DNA of 64,000 nt, taken from positions 52-64,051 of the forward strand of contig JAFGKY010000004.1 of NCBI GenBank assembly GCA_016928305.1, read 5' to 3'. The notes beneath the pieces were generated by a model. It was given only the letters and a program-made list of their open reading frames with translations. It had not been told where the DNA came from and did no database searches. Made by a program: the position numbers and the translations under genes. Below are positions 9,038 to 17,083 of this stretch, in pieces (positions within the stretch are counted from its first letter, which is position 1; the number at the start of each line of letters is the position of its first letter). This DNA is from Bacteroidales bacterium. GTDB lineage: Bacteria > Bacteroidota > Bacteroidia > Bacteroidales > UBA10428.

Positions 9038-10843
9038 CTACAATAATAACAAATCTCCCTTTTGATATATCATCATCTGTACTTCTGAGAACCTGCTTAT
9101 GTTCGCAGACTTTTTGTTTTTATGATTGGTTATCGTCCCTTTTTCAAAGTCAATCGTTACCGTATCGCGATTCTTAAGATCCAGTTCACTGAGATCGGTA
9201 TAAGTCAATGCCGGAAATCCTGCATTGATAGCATTTCTTTCATAAATAGATCCGAATGATTTTGCAAGTATCGCCTGGTTACCAAGTGCCCGGAAGCAAT
9301 CCACCGCATGTTGCCGCGAACTGCCTGCTCCGAAATTCCTTCCGGTGATGATGATATCACCGGGTTCAGAACGGGAAGGATAATCTTCCCAGCCTTTCAG
9401 ATTTCCCAAAGCATATTTCCCCATTTCTTCCAGGTCGGTTACAGCAAGATGCCGGTTGTGATATATCATGTCGGTATCGATATTATCCTGCTCTATAATC
9501 CAGATCTTGCCTTCTATGATGTTTTTTTTCTTTTCCATTTGCTTAACTGCAGGTGATATGGTTTTTCTCCATTTCCCCTGAGAAGTGAAAGTTGACGGTT
9601 TTTCAGGAATATCATCCACAGTGGTAATATGTCCGGCAATAGCTGACGCAGCAGCTGTGGCAACGGATGCCAGGTACACCTCTCCCTTTCCCTGTTTGCC
9701 TTCGAAATTCCGGTTGCCGGTGCTTATGGTTTTTTCTCCCGGTCCGTTCTGTCCAATCTGTCCTGATGCACATCCGGCACATCCGGCATTACTGACAAGT
9801 GCTCCGGCTGACTTAAACACTGAGATCAATCCTTGCTGCATACAGGTATTCCATATTTCATCGGTAGAGGGAACAATTTTCAGTACCACGCCGGGGGCTA
9901 TTTTTCTGCCTTTTAAAATCATCGCCGTTTCAATCATGTCCTGCATTCTTCCGTTTGTGCAGCTGCCGATGAATACCGAGTCGATTTTCGTCCCTTTAAT
10001 ATCCATTACGGATGTCACATTGTGGGGTTGACCGGGAAGGGAAACAGCCTGTGTGAAATCCTCAAGGTTTACTTCATATTGATGCTTGTATGCAGCATCG
10101 GGATCAGCATATACAGGTTTGAAAGGCACCAGGGTTCTCGACTGGCAATAATTGATCACGGCAGGCGATGGCGGAAACAAAAGGGCAATAGCCCCCATCT
10201 CTGTGGCCATGGAAGAAATTGTTATACGTTCATCCAGGGTAAGAACTTCGGCTTCCTGACCATACAGTTCAACGGAATATCCCAGTAATCCGTCAGCCCC
10301 GAATTTTTTCAGCAGGTTGAGTACGATATCTTTAGCTGAAACAAGAGGTGGTCTCTTTCCCCTGAAGGTGATTTTTACGGAATCCGGAACCCTGAACCAT
10401 ACAGCTCCCCGTGACCAGGCAGCAGCAATATCCCGGTCACCCATACCCTGACCAAATGCCCCGATGGCTCCCACAATATTGGCGTGTGAATCGGTTGAAA
10501 CAAGCGTAGAACCCGGTACAGAAAGCCCTTCATCCATAGCCAGGTGTGTGCCGATACCGGCATTGATATCATAGACTTTTATATTATTTTCACGTGCATA
10601 CAAACGGCACTTCTGCTGGTTTGTTGCATATTGCTGATCGGATCCCGTCGGATTGCAGTCAAAAGTAAAAAAAGTCCGGCTGTTGTCATTGATCCGAAGA
10701 TTATTCTTTAGCAGGTTTTGAACTACTCCGGCCCCTCCGAAATCCCGGGCCAGTCGTACATCAATGGTCACATTCACAATCTCACCGGGCACGACTTTTT
10801 TTCTGTTGCTGTGTGATACAAGTATCTTTTCAATTATCGTCAT
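9038..10843 (-). CDS. Second fused aconitase-family (LeuC-LeuD) hydratase with a divergent active site
   Basis: DSHA, GSCTNGR, CAGC, NRNF, NFGAGSSRQ; start MTIIEKIL at 10843 preferred. Confidence 0.82.
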   Translation of the reverse strand: MTIIEKILVSHSNRKKVVPGEIVNVTIDVRLARDFGGAGVVQNLLKNNLRINDNSRTFFTFDCNPTGSDQQYATNQQKCRLYARENNIKVYDINAGIGTHLAMDEGLSVPGSTLVSTDSHANIVGAIGAFGQGMGDRDIAAAWSRGAVWFRVPDSVKITFRGKRPPLVSAKDIVLNLLKKFGADGLLGYSVELYGQEAEVLTLDERITISSMATEMGAIALLFPPSPAVINYCQSRTLVPFKPVYADPDAAYKHQYEVNLEDFTQAVSLPGQPHNVTSVMDIKGTKIDSVFIGSCTNGRMQDMIETAMILKGRKIAPGVVLKIVPSTDEIWNTCMQQGLISVFKSAGALVSNAGCAGCASGQIGQNGPGEKTISTGNRNFEGKQGKGEVYLASVATAAASAIAGHITTVDDIPEKPSTFTSQGKWRKTISPAVKQMEKKKNIIEGKIWIIEQDNIDTDMIYHNRHLAVTDLEEMGKYALGNLKGWEDYPSRSEPGDIIITGRNFGAGSSRQHAVDCFRALGNQAILAKSFGSIYERNAINAGFPALTYTDLSELDLKNRDTVTIDFEKGTITNHKNKKSANISRFSEVQMMIYQKGDLLLL

Positions 10844-10884
10844 AAGTTTAATATTATTAAAATATCTCCATCCGCTTTTCCCCA

Positions 10885-10932
10885 TTCACTGTTCCCTTTT
10901 CACTTTTCACTTTTCACTGTTCACTGTTCACT
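10885..10932. repeat. Heptamer tandem repeat (TTCACTK) overlapping the HD-protein stop codon
   Basis: ttcactgttcccttttcacttttcacttttcactgttcactgttcact. Confidence 0.8.
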
Positions 10933-11475
10933 CCTGTTCTTGAACGGCAAAAACGTCATAAAATCAGCATGGTGAACAATATAAGCCTCTGTTGACCGTT
11001 TCACCAGATCACCTTCCCCGGCATGAGCAGCAATGATATGGCATACTTCGGGTGGTATGCCGCATTGTTCGGCCAATGAAACTCCGGAAAAAGGATGTCT
11101 TATCCATTCTCCGTATTTGCCCTGCATGCATTTGCCGTTTTCATCAAGTTCATACTCAAGTAACTTTCCTACATCGCAAAGAATAGCTCCTGCAATGAGA
11201 ACATCCATGTTTACAGGCAGTTCGTCGTTAAAGAATTCGTTAAATTTCAAACCGCTTTCTCGTGCAATATGAACAACAGCTCTTTTATGGTCCATGAAGC
11301 TGACTTTCAGATCGGGACCGGCCTGTAGGGTAAAGGGAATACGTTTCAGATCCTCCGGTTTCAGTACGCTCTTCTGTAATGCCAATTCCCAGGTCTTCGC
11401 CGTTTTCTCACGAAGGCTTGAATCCTTTATCCATTCAAGCTCAGGCCACAGATCATTGATTTTGTTTGAAGACAT
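10921..11475 (-). CDS. HD/HDIG-fold protein
   Basis: H..AV, LIAGAILCDVGKLLEY, RHPFSG, IIAAH, VHHAD motifs; the HD dyad reads CD. Confidence 0.78.
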   Translation of the reverse strand: MSSNKINDLWPELEWIKDSSLREKTAKTWELALQKSVLKPEDLKRIPFTLQAGPDLKVSFMDHKRAVVHIARESGLKFNEFFNDELPVNMDVLIAGAILCDVGKLLEYELDENGKCMQGKYGEWIRHPFSGVSLAEQCGIPPEVCHIIAAHAGEGDLVKRSTEAYIVHHADFMTFLPFKNRSEQ

Positions 11476-11547
11476 ATTTTTTGGTTTAGTAGCTAGAAGT
11501 TAGTAGTTAGTAGTTTGAAGACTGTTCCACTTTTCCATTCTTGCATG

Positions 11548-12747
11548 TCACCCGTCCCTTGTCACCTTTTTAATAATCGCATCGCCCATTTCCTTCGTTG
11601 AAGCGGCTCCCTGTGTTATCACATCCGGCCCACCTTTCAGTTTCATCATATCATAGGTGCGTACTTTCCCTTCCTGAATAACCATGGCAATGGCAGCCCT
11701 GATTTTTGCCGACAAAACTTTTTCATTAAGATGATCGAGCATCATACAGGCAGATTCAATCATGGCTATCGGATTTACAATGGGTATGTCGTATCGGGCA
11801 TATTTAGGTGCTGATCCATGGGTGGGTTCAAAAACTGCTGCCTTTTCACCTATATTAGCACTGCAGGCAAATCCAAGGCCACCGATCAATCCTGCAAATC
11901 CGTCAGAGACAATATCACCGAACATGTTACCGGCTACGATCACTCCATAATCTTCCGGGTTTTTTGTCAGCCACATCATTTGTGCATCGATGTTGGTGTT
12001 CCAGAGCTCGACACCGGGATATTCCGGCTGCAGGTCCTTTGCCATTTTATACATCATTCCCGAGGTTTCCCGGATAACATTGGGTTTTTCACAAAGGGTA
12101 ACCGATCGATAACCATTTATCGACGCATGTTCAAAAGCTGCACGTAATATTCTTTCTGTGGCTTTGCGTGTGAATATCCGTGTGGAAACGGCTATTTCTT
12201 CCCTGGGTATATGGCTGAAATTCTTTTTGAAATTCGGGTGTGAATTTAACGCTTCATAAACAATGCCGTCCGGATGGCTCCACTCTACTCCGCAATACAA
12301 ACCTTCGGTATTCTGCCTGAAAATTACCACATCAATGGCAGGTTCTTCTATTTGACCTTCAGCACCCCGCCGGATAAAATTCAACGGATTTCCTTTATAA
12401 GTATGACAAGGCCGGATACAGGTATCAAGATTAAAATGCTGGCGTAAGCCTACTATGGGACTGGAATAAACATATCCTTTCCCTTTTAGTTCAGGATTGA
12501 GTTCAGCGGCAGCTTCCTGTTTTGGTTTTGATGTAATGGCTCCAAACAGGCCAACCTTATGCTGTTCAAGCAATTTTATAGTTCTCCCCGGTAAGGCATT
12601 GCCCTCTTTGCACCAGAAATCCCATCCGATATCACCTTCGGTATAATCTGCATCAAATCCTGCTGCCTCCAGTACCCTGATAGCTTCCTTCATTACCACC
12701 CGGCCGATTCCATCGCCAGGCATGGTTACAATCGTGTGTTTTGGCAT
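11548..12747 (-). CDS. Homoisocitrate-dehydrogenase-like enzyme (isocitrate/isopropylmalate dehydrogenase family)
   Basis: PGDGIG, LFGAITS, YSSPIVGLR, RQNTEGLY, NMFGDIVSD, FEPTHGSAP; start MPKH at 12747. Confidence 0.82.
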   Translation of the reverse strand: MPKHTIVTMPGDGIGRVVMKEAIRVLEAAGFDADYTEGDIGWDFWCKEGNALPGRTIKLLEQHKVGLFGAITSKPKQEAAAELNPELKGKGYVYSSPIVGLRQHFNLDTCIRPCHTYKGNPLNFIRRGAEGQIEEPAIDVVIFRQNTEGLYCGVEWSHPDGIVYEALNSHPNFKKNFSHIPREEIAVSTRIFTRKATERILRAAFEHASINGYRSVTLCEKPNVIRETSGMMYKMAKDLQPEYPGVELWNTNIDAQMMWLTKNPEDYGVIVAGNMFGDIVSDGFAGLIGGLGFACSANIGEKAAVFEPTHGSAPKYARYDIPIVNPIAMIESACMMLDHLNEKVLSAKIRAAIAMVIQEGKVRTYDMMKLKGGPDVITQGAASTKEMGDAIIKKVTRDG

Positions 12748-12773
12748 AAAAGCATATATTGAATTCCATGGCA

Positions 12774-12801
12774 GTAGAGAGGATGCATGCATCGTCTCTA
12801 C
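12774..12801. repeat. GTAG-type REP-like palindrome
   Basis: GTAGAGAGGATGCATGCATCGTCTCTAC, one mismatch from a perfect palindrome. Confidence 0.75.
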
Positions 12802-14357
12802 TATGTTTCCAACTGTCTTACAACATCAATCACTGTTCCGTCCACCCACTTAATGGCGGCTACGATTTTATCGGTAAACACGGGTTTCTGCGGTATTCCG
12901 CATATCGTTTCAGCTTCTTCTTTCAGTTGATGTATTGTTTTTACAGGTAGTCCTGATCCTTTTGTTTTATCAATAAGGTCCTTGCGCAAGGGATTTATGG
13001 CGATGCCTCTTTCGGTAATGATCACGTCAATAAGTTCTCCCGGCCCGCAAAGGGTTGTTACTTCATCCCTGATAACAGGTATTCTGTCTCTGAATAAAGG
13101 CACAGGAAGAATCACTGTTTTCCCGAACAGGCAGTTCTGCCATCCTCCCAAACCATGCAGGAGATAACCATCAGAATGGGTGACCACATTGGCATTGAAG
13201 TTTATGTCAATTTCTGTGGCACCAAGGATTACAACATCAACCATACTGGCAAAGTTACCTTTACTGTGGTAATTGTAACTGGTAAATGGACTGGTCATTA
13301 CGTGACAGGGATTATCACGGATTGATCGTACTCCTTCGAGGTCAAATGTCTGTCCGTCCAGAATATACTCCACCAGGCCTTCTTCAAGCATATTAACAAG
13401 ATATTGGTTGCTTCCTCCACGTGCAAAACGGGCTTTAATTCCCTTTTTTCGCATGATGTCACCAAAAAAAATTCCTATCGAAAGAGCTGTTCCTCCCGCG
13501 CCTGCTTGAAAAGAAAATCCGTCATGGATAATTCCGGTTACATCACAAAACCGGGCAGTCGTTTCAGCAATCAGCAGCCGGTCGGGACTGCGTGTTATCG
13601 CTGTTGTTCCGGAAACGATTTTTTCGGGAATACCCACTTTGTCAACCTTTACCGTATAGTCAACATAATTACCATGGATTTGCCATGGAATACAGGGGAA
13701 GGGAACCATGTTATCCGTTACTACTATTACCTTGTCAGCATACCGGGCATCTGCCAGGGCAAAGCCAAGCGATCCGCTGGCTGACGGGCCATGAACACCA
13801 TTGGCATTACCAAAAGAATCGGCACAGCCAGCGCCGATGACAGCTATATCGATCTTTACATCGCCATCCTGAATTGCCTGATATCGTCCGCCATGAGAAC
13901 GAAGTACGGCTGTTTTGCGCATCTTTCCTTCGGAACAATATCTTCCTAACGGACCGTTCATGCTTCCTTCGATGTGACTTATGGTACCGTCATCCAGGTA
14001 TTTTAACAGGTAGGCATGACATGAAAATGATGCTGAAGGAAACCAGCACAGATCTTTAACGCCAAGTTCACTGGCACAGTCAAATACCATATTGGCGACC
14101 CGATCACCTTCCCTGAAATGATGATGTGTGGAGATGGTCATCCCGTTATTCAGTCCGGCCTTTATAAGCGCCTCCTTTAGAGAACCGACCTGTTTGTTGC
14201 CATCCGCCGGAAAATCGATGTTGGTTGTTATCCGGGGACCATGATGGTTTCCCTTTGGGTGGTATTTCCCGACACCTGCAAAGGGCACCACCTGCTTGCC
14301 GTTTATTTTTTCAGGCACCATTCTGCCAATGGCATTTCTTATCAATTTGTCATGCAT
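12801..14357 (-). CDS. citF: Citrate lyase alpha subunit-like CoA/ACP transferase
   Basis: GMTISTHHHFREGD, RSHGGR, FSFQAGAGG, LGATEID, ERGIAINP. Confidence 0.88.
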   Translation of the reverse strand: MHDKLIRNAIGRMVPEKINGKQVVPFAGVGKYHPKGNHHGPRITTNIDFPADGNKQVGSLKEALIKAGLNNGMTISTHHHFREGDRVANMVFDCASELGVKDLCWFPSASFSCHAYLLKYLDDGTISHIEGSMNGPLGRYCSEGKMRKTAVLRSHGGRYQAIQDGDVKIDIAVIGAGCADSFGNANGVHGPSASGSLGFALADARYADKVIVVTDNMVPFPCIPWQIHGNYVDYTVKVDKVGIPEKIVSGTTAITRSPDRLLIAETTARFCDVTGIIHDGFSFQAGAGGTALSIGIFFGDIMRKKGIKARFARGGSNQYLVNMLEEGLVEYILDGQTFDLEGVRSIRDNPCHVMTSPFTSYNYHSKGNFASMVDVVILGATEIDINFNANVVTHSDGYLLHGLGGWQNCLFGKTVILPVPLFRDRIPVIRDEVTTLCGPGELIDVIITERGIAINPLRKDLIDKTKGSGLPVKTIHQLKEEAETICGIPQKPVFTDKIVAAIKWVDGTVIDVVRQLET

Positions 14358-15552
14358 GGCTGTTCCTCCAGGTTTTTGATAGTTTTCCGGCTTTTACGGC
14401 CATTTCAATGGTTCTAAGCGCCTGTTTTACTACAGGAGGATCAATCATTTTTGAATCAAGAGCGACTACACCGTATCCCTCTTTTTCTGCTTTTTCAAAG
14501 GCCAGCACTATTTTCATTGCCCTTTCGGTTTCCGCCTCTCCGGGCAGAAAACATTTGTTGATGATCGCAACCTGACGCGGGTGGATACATCCCATACCTG
14601 CAAAACCCAGCGCTTTTGATTCAAGAGCAGCCCGCTCAAGACCTGTCACATCATCGATATCGGAGAACACAGAGTCGATTGGCTGAATACCAGCTGCCCT
14701 GGCTGCATTCACTACCACGGAACGGGCGAAGAACGACTCTCTGCCCTCTGCGGTTCGCTGAGCAGCAATATCAGCGGTATAGTCTTCAAGACCGATTGCC
14801 AGTGCAACAACACTTTCTGAGGCACAGGCTATTTCATAAGCATTCATTACACCTGTCGCATTTTCGATGATAGGCATCAGGTAGATTTTGTCATTCTTGT
14901 GTCCCAGAATTTCTGATATTTTTTCTTCTGTCCGGATGACCTCTGTTTTGCATTCACATTTGGGGATAAGGATCAGATTAACAGGGTGTGGTACAACATA
15001 ATTCAGATCATCGAGCCCGGCAGGCAACGGATTTATTCTGACCATACGTTCGGCGCCATAGAAATCAACCGATCTCAAGGCATTACGGACAAGGTAACGG
15101 GCCTCAAATTTTTTATCCGGCGCAACGGAATCTTCGAGATCAAGAATAATTCCATGACACCCATAGATACCTGCATTGATCATTAGTTTTGGATTGTTAC
15201 CCGGCAGGTATAACCTTGATATGCGCTCTGTATCCTTTGCAGTGGAATATTTATTTTGCGGAAGAACCGGTAGTAAATATTCACGATCTGATTTTAAGTA
15301 TTTTTTAATTGCTGCCTCAATCCTGCCGGCCAGGGTGAAGGGCAATGCTCCGTAATCTTCGATTTCAACGTGTGCATGCTTTATACCAAAAAATTCAAGC
15401 ATCTCAGTGCACAAACCAAGAATGGATTCACCGTATAAAGCCTTAACCCTGCTTTTAAGATCAACAGACAGGCCATTATTCTCCTGTATAGTCAGACTAA
15501 TAAAACAGTCTGACCGGATATTATCTCCACGGTTGCCTGCTGTATATATCAT
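14350..15552 (-). CDS. citE: Fusion of a CitD-like acyl-carrier domain and a CitE-like acyl-CoA lyase
   Basis: N-terminal ~86 aa resemble CitD (SDC...S.V..LYG..I...D.GAL.F.L..R.EAA); then LYLPGNNP, LDLEDSVAP, GLEDYTAD, IHPRQ, MIDPPV. Confidence 0.85.
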   Translation of the reverse strand: MIYTAGNRGDNIRSDCFISLTIQENNGLSVDLKSRVKALYGESILGLCTEMLEFFGIKHAHVEIEDYGALPFTLAGRIEAAIKKYLKSDREYLLPVLPQNKYSTAKDTERISRLYLPGNNPKLMINAGIYGCHGIILDLEDSVAPDKKFEARYLVRNALRSVDFYGAERMVRINPLPAGLDDLNYVVPHPVNLILIPKCECKTEVIRTEEKISEILGHKNDKIYLMPIIENATGVMNAYEIACASESVVALAIGLEDYTADIAAQRTAEGRESFFARSVVVNAARAAGIQPIDSVFSDIDDVTGLERAALESKALGFAGMGCIHPRQVAIINKCFLPGEAETERAMKIVLAFEKAEKEGYGVVALDSKMIDPPVVKQALRTIEMAVKAGKLSKTWRNSHA

Positions 15553-15688
15553 TTGCTGAGATTATTGGACAGGAAATTACTGAAAAAAATCGTGAAAAAT
15601 GCTGATTGTTATCAGTTGCAAGATATAAAACGCTGACAGAGTATCTTCATGCTAACTTCGCATCAACAGTCTCTTTACCCGGCCACCC

Positions 15689-16927
15689 TTATAATTTTAC
15701 ATCCACCTGGTTGCGCAACAGATCTTCGAGGGTCTCACGATGCCGGATAAGGTAATCCTTACCTTCATATATCATCACCTCGGGAGGCCTTAACCGGGCA
15801 TTATAATTAGATGACATGGTATAGCAATATGCCCCTGCATTCAGAAATACCAGGTAGTCACCTTCGTGTATTTCGCTGATTTTCCGGTTCCATCCAAAGG
15901 TGTCCGTTTCACAGATGTAACCTACCACCGTATAAATCCGCGGTTTGCCTTTGGGATTGGATACGTTGAGAATCTGGTGATAGGCATCGTAAAACATAGG
16001 TCTTATTAGATGATTCAGACCGGTATCAAGACCTGCAAAAACAGTTGCCAGCGTTTGTTTAATAACGTTAACGCGGGCAAACAGGTAGCCTGCTTCACTT
16101 ACCAGGAATTTCCCCGGTTCAAAAATAAGGGTCAGGTCTTTACCATAGGTTTTGCAGAATTTTTTGAATGAGCGGGTAAGGTCTTTGCCCAGCATATCGA
16201 TATCGGTAAAATAATCGTCGGGCTTATAGGGTACTTTGAAACCACTTCCGAAATCAATATAGTCCAGTTCATGAAAGTTTTTAGCTGTTTCAAGCATTAT
16301 CTCTGTTCCGCGCAAGAATACTTCCACATCCAGGATATCAGATCCGGTATGCATATGCAGACCTTCCACTTTCATGTGATTTGCTTCCACAACCCGGAGG
16401 ACATGAGGCAGCTGATAAATTGAAATGCCGAATTTGGAATCGATATGTCCGGTAGATATCTTTGTGTTTCCCCCTGCAAGGATATGCGGATTAATGCGGA
16501 TGCAAACGGGCATTGCATTGCCGTATAGATGTCCGAACTGTTCAAGAATAGAAATATTATCAATGTTAATCTTTACTCCAAGACTTGCTCCTTCCTGAAT
16601 CTCTTCAATGGAAACGCAATTGGGTGTGAAGATTATGTCCTTCGGATTAAATCCGGCCTTCAATCCCATCTGCACTTCCTGGATAGAAACTGCATCAAGT
16701 CCTGAACCCAGATTATTGAAAAAACGCAGGATATTTATATTTCCCAAAGCTTTGCATGCAAAATTAATTTTCAGGTTAACTTCCTTGAAAGCATTCAGCA
16801 TCTTATTATATTGATACTTCATTTTAGAAGTATCGTATACGTATAACGGTGAGCCATATTTTTCGCATAAGGCTATGACATCAAGACCACCAATTTGATA
16901 TCGATTGTTTATTAGTTTCATGGACAT
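15689..16927 (-). CDS. lysA: Diaminopimelate decarboxylase
   Basis: FACKA PLP lysine, SKFG, HMHTGS, EPGKFLV, ICETD, GAYCYTMSSNYN. Confidence 0.95.
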   Translation of the reverse strand: MSMKLINNRYQIGGLDVIALCEKYGSPLYVYDTSKMKYQYNKMLNAFKEVNLKINFACKALGNINILRFFNNLGSGLDAVSIQEVQMGLKAGFNPKDIIFTPNCVSIEEIQEGASLGVKINIDNISILEQFGHLYGNAMPVCIRINPHILAGGNTKISTGHIDSKFGISIYQLPHVLRVVEANHMKVEGLHMHTGSDILDVEVFLRGTEIMLETAKNFHELDYIDFGSGFKVPYKPDDYFTDIDMLGKDLTRSFKKFCKTYGKDLTLIFEPGKFLVSEAGYLFARVNVIKQTLATVFAGLDTGLNHLIRPMFYDAYHQILNVSNPKGKPRIYTVVGYICETDTFGWNRKISEIHEGDYLVFLNAGAYCYTMSSNYNARLRPPEVMIYEGKDYLIRHRETLEDLLRNQVDVKL

Positions 16928-17083
16928 AGGTAATCAATCTTTACTGTTTTTTATATCCTGTCGTTTATCTTAATCCAATTTCGGGCAGTCCTATATTTTA
17001 TTTTCAGCCTCTATAACCCGGTTAAATTAACAGAGCAGGCCAGATCAGATTCTCAAAACTTGTCGGTAGAAAAACGGTAAACC

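Noticed and set aside
5360-11520. Tandem arrays as CRISPR repeats
   Set aside because: Units are 7-9 bp with no spacers, and there are no cas genes.
7081-12747. Leucine biosynthesis operon (leuB/leuC/leuD)
   Set aside because: No leuA or ilv genes; motifs and neighbours point to homo-substrates, so no leu symbols were assigned.
12801-15552. Ordinary citrate fermentation operon
   Set aside because: No citC, citG, citX, citrate transporter or oxaloacetate decarboxylase nearby. Not fully excluded, because these could lie elsewhere in the genome.
16928-17083. Lysine riboswitch upstream of lysA
   Set aside because: The gap is short and I could not recognise the conserved aptamer elements; an Rfam search would settle it.
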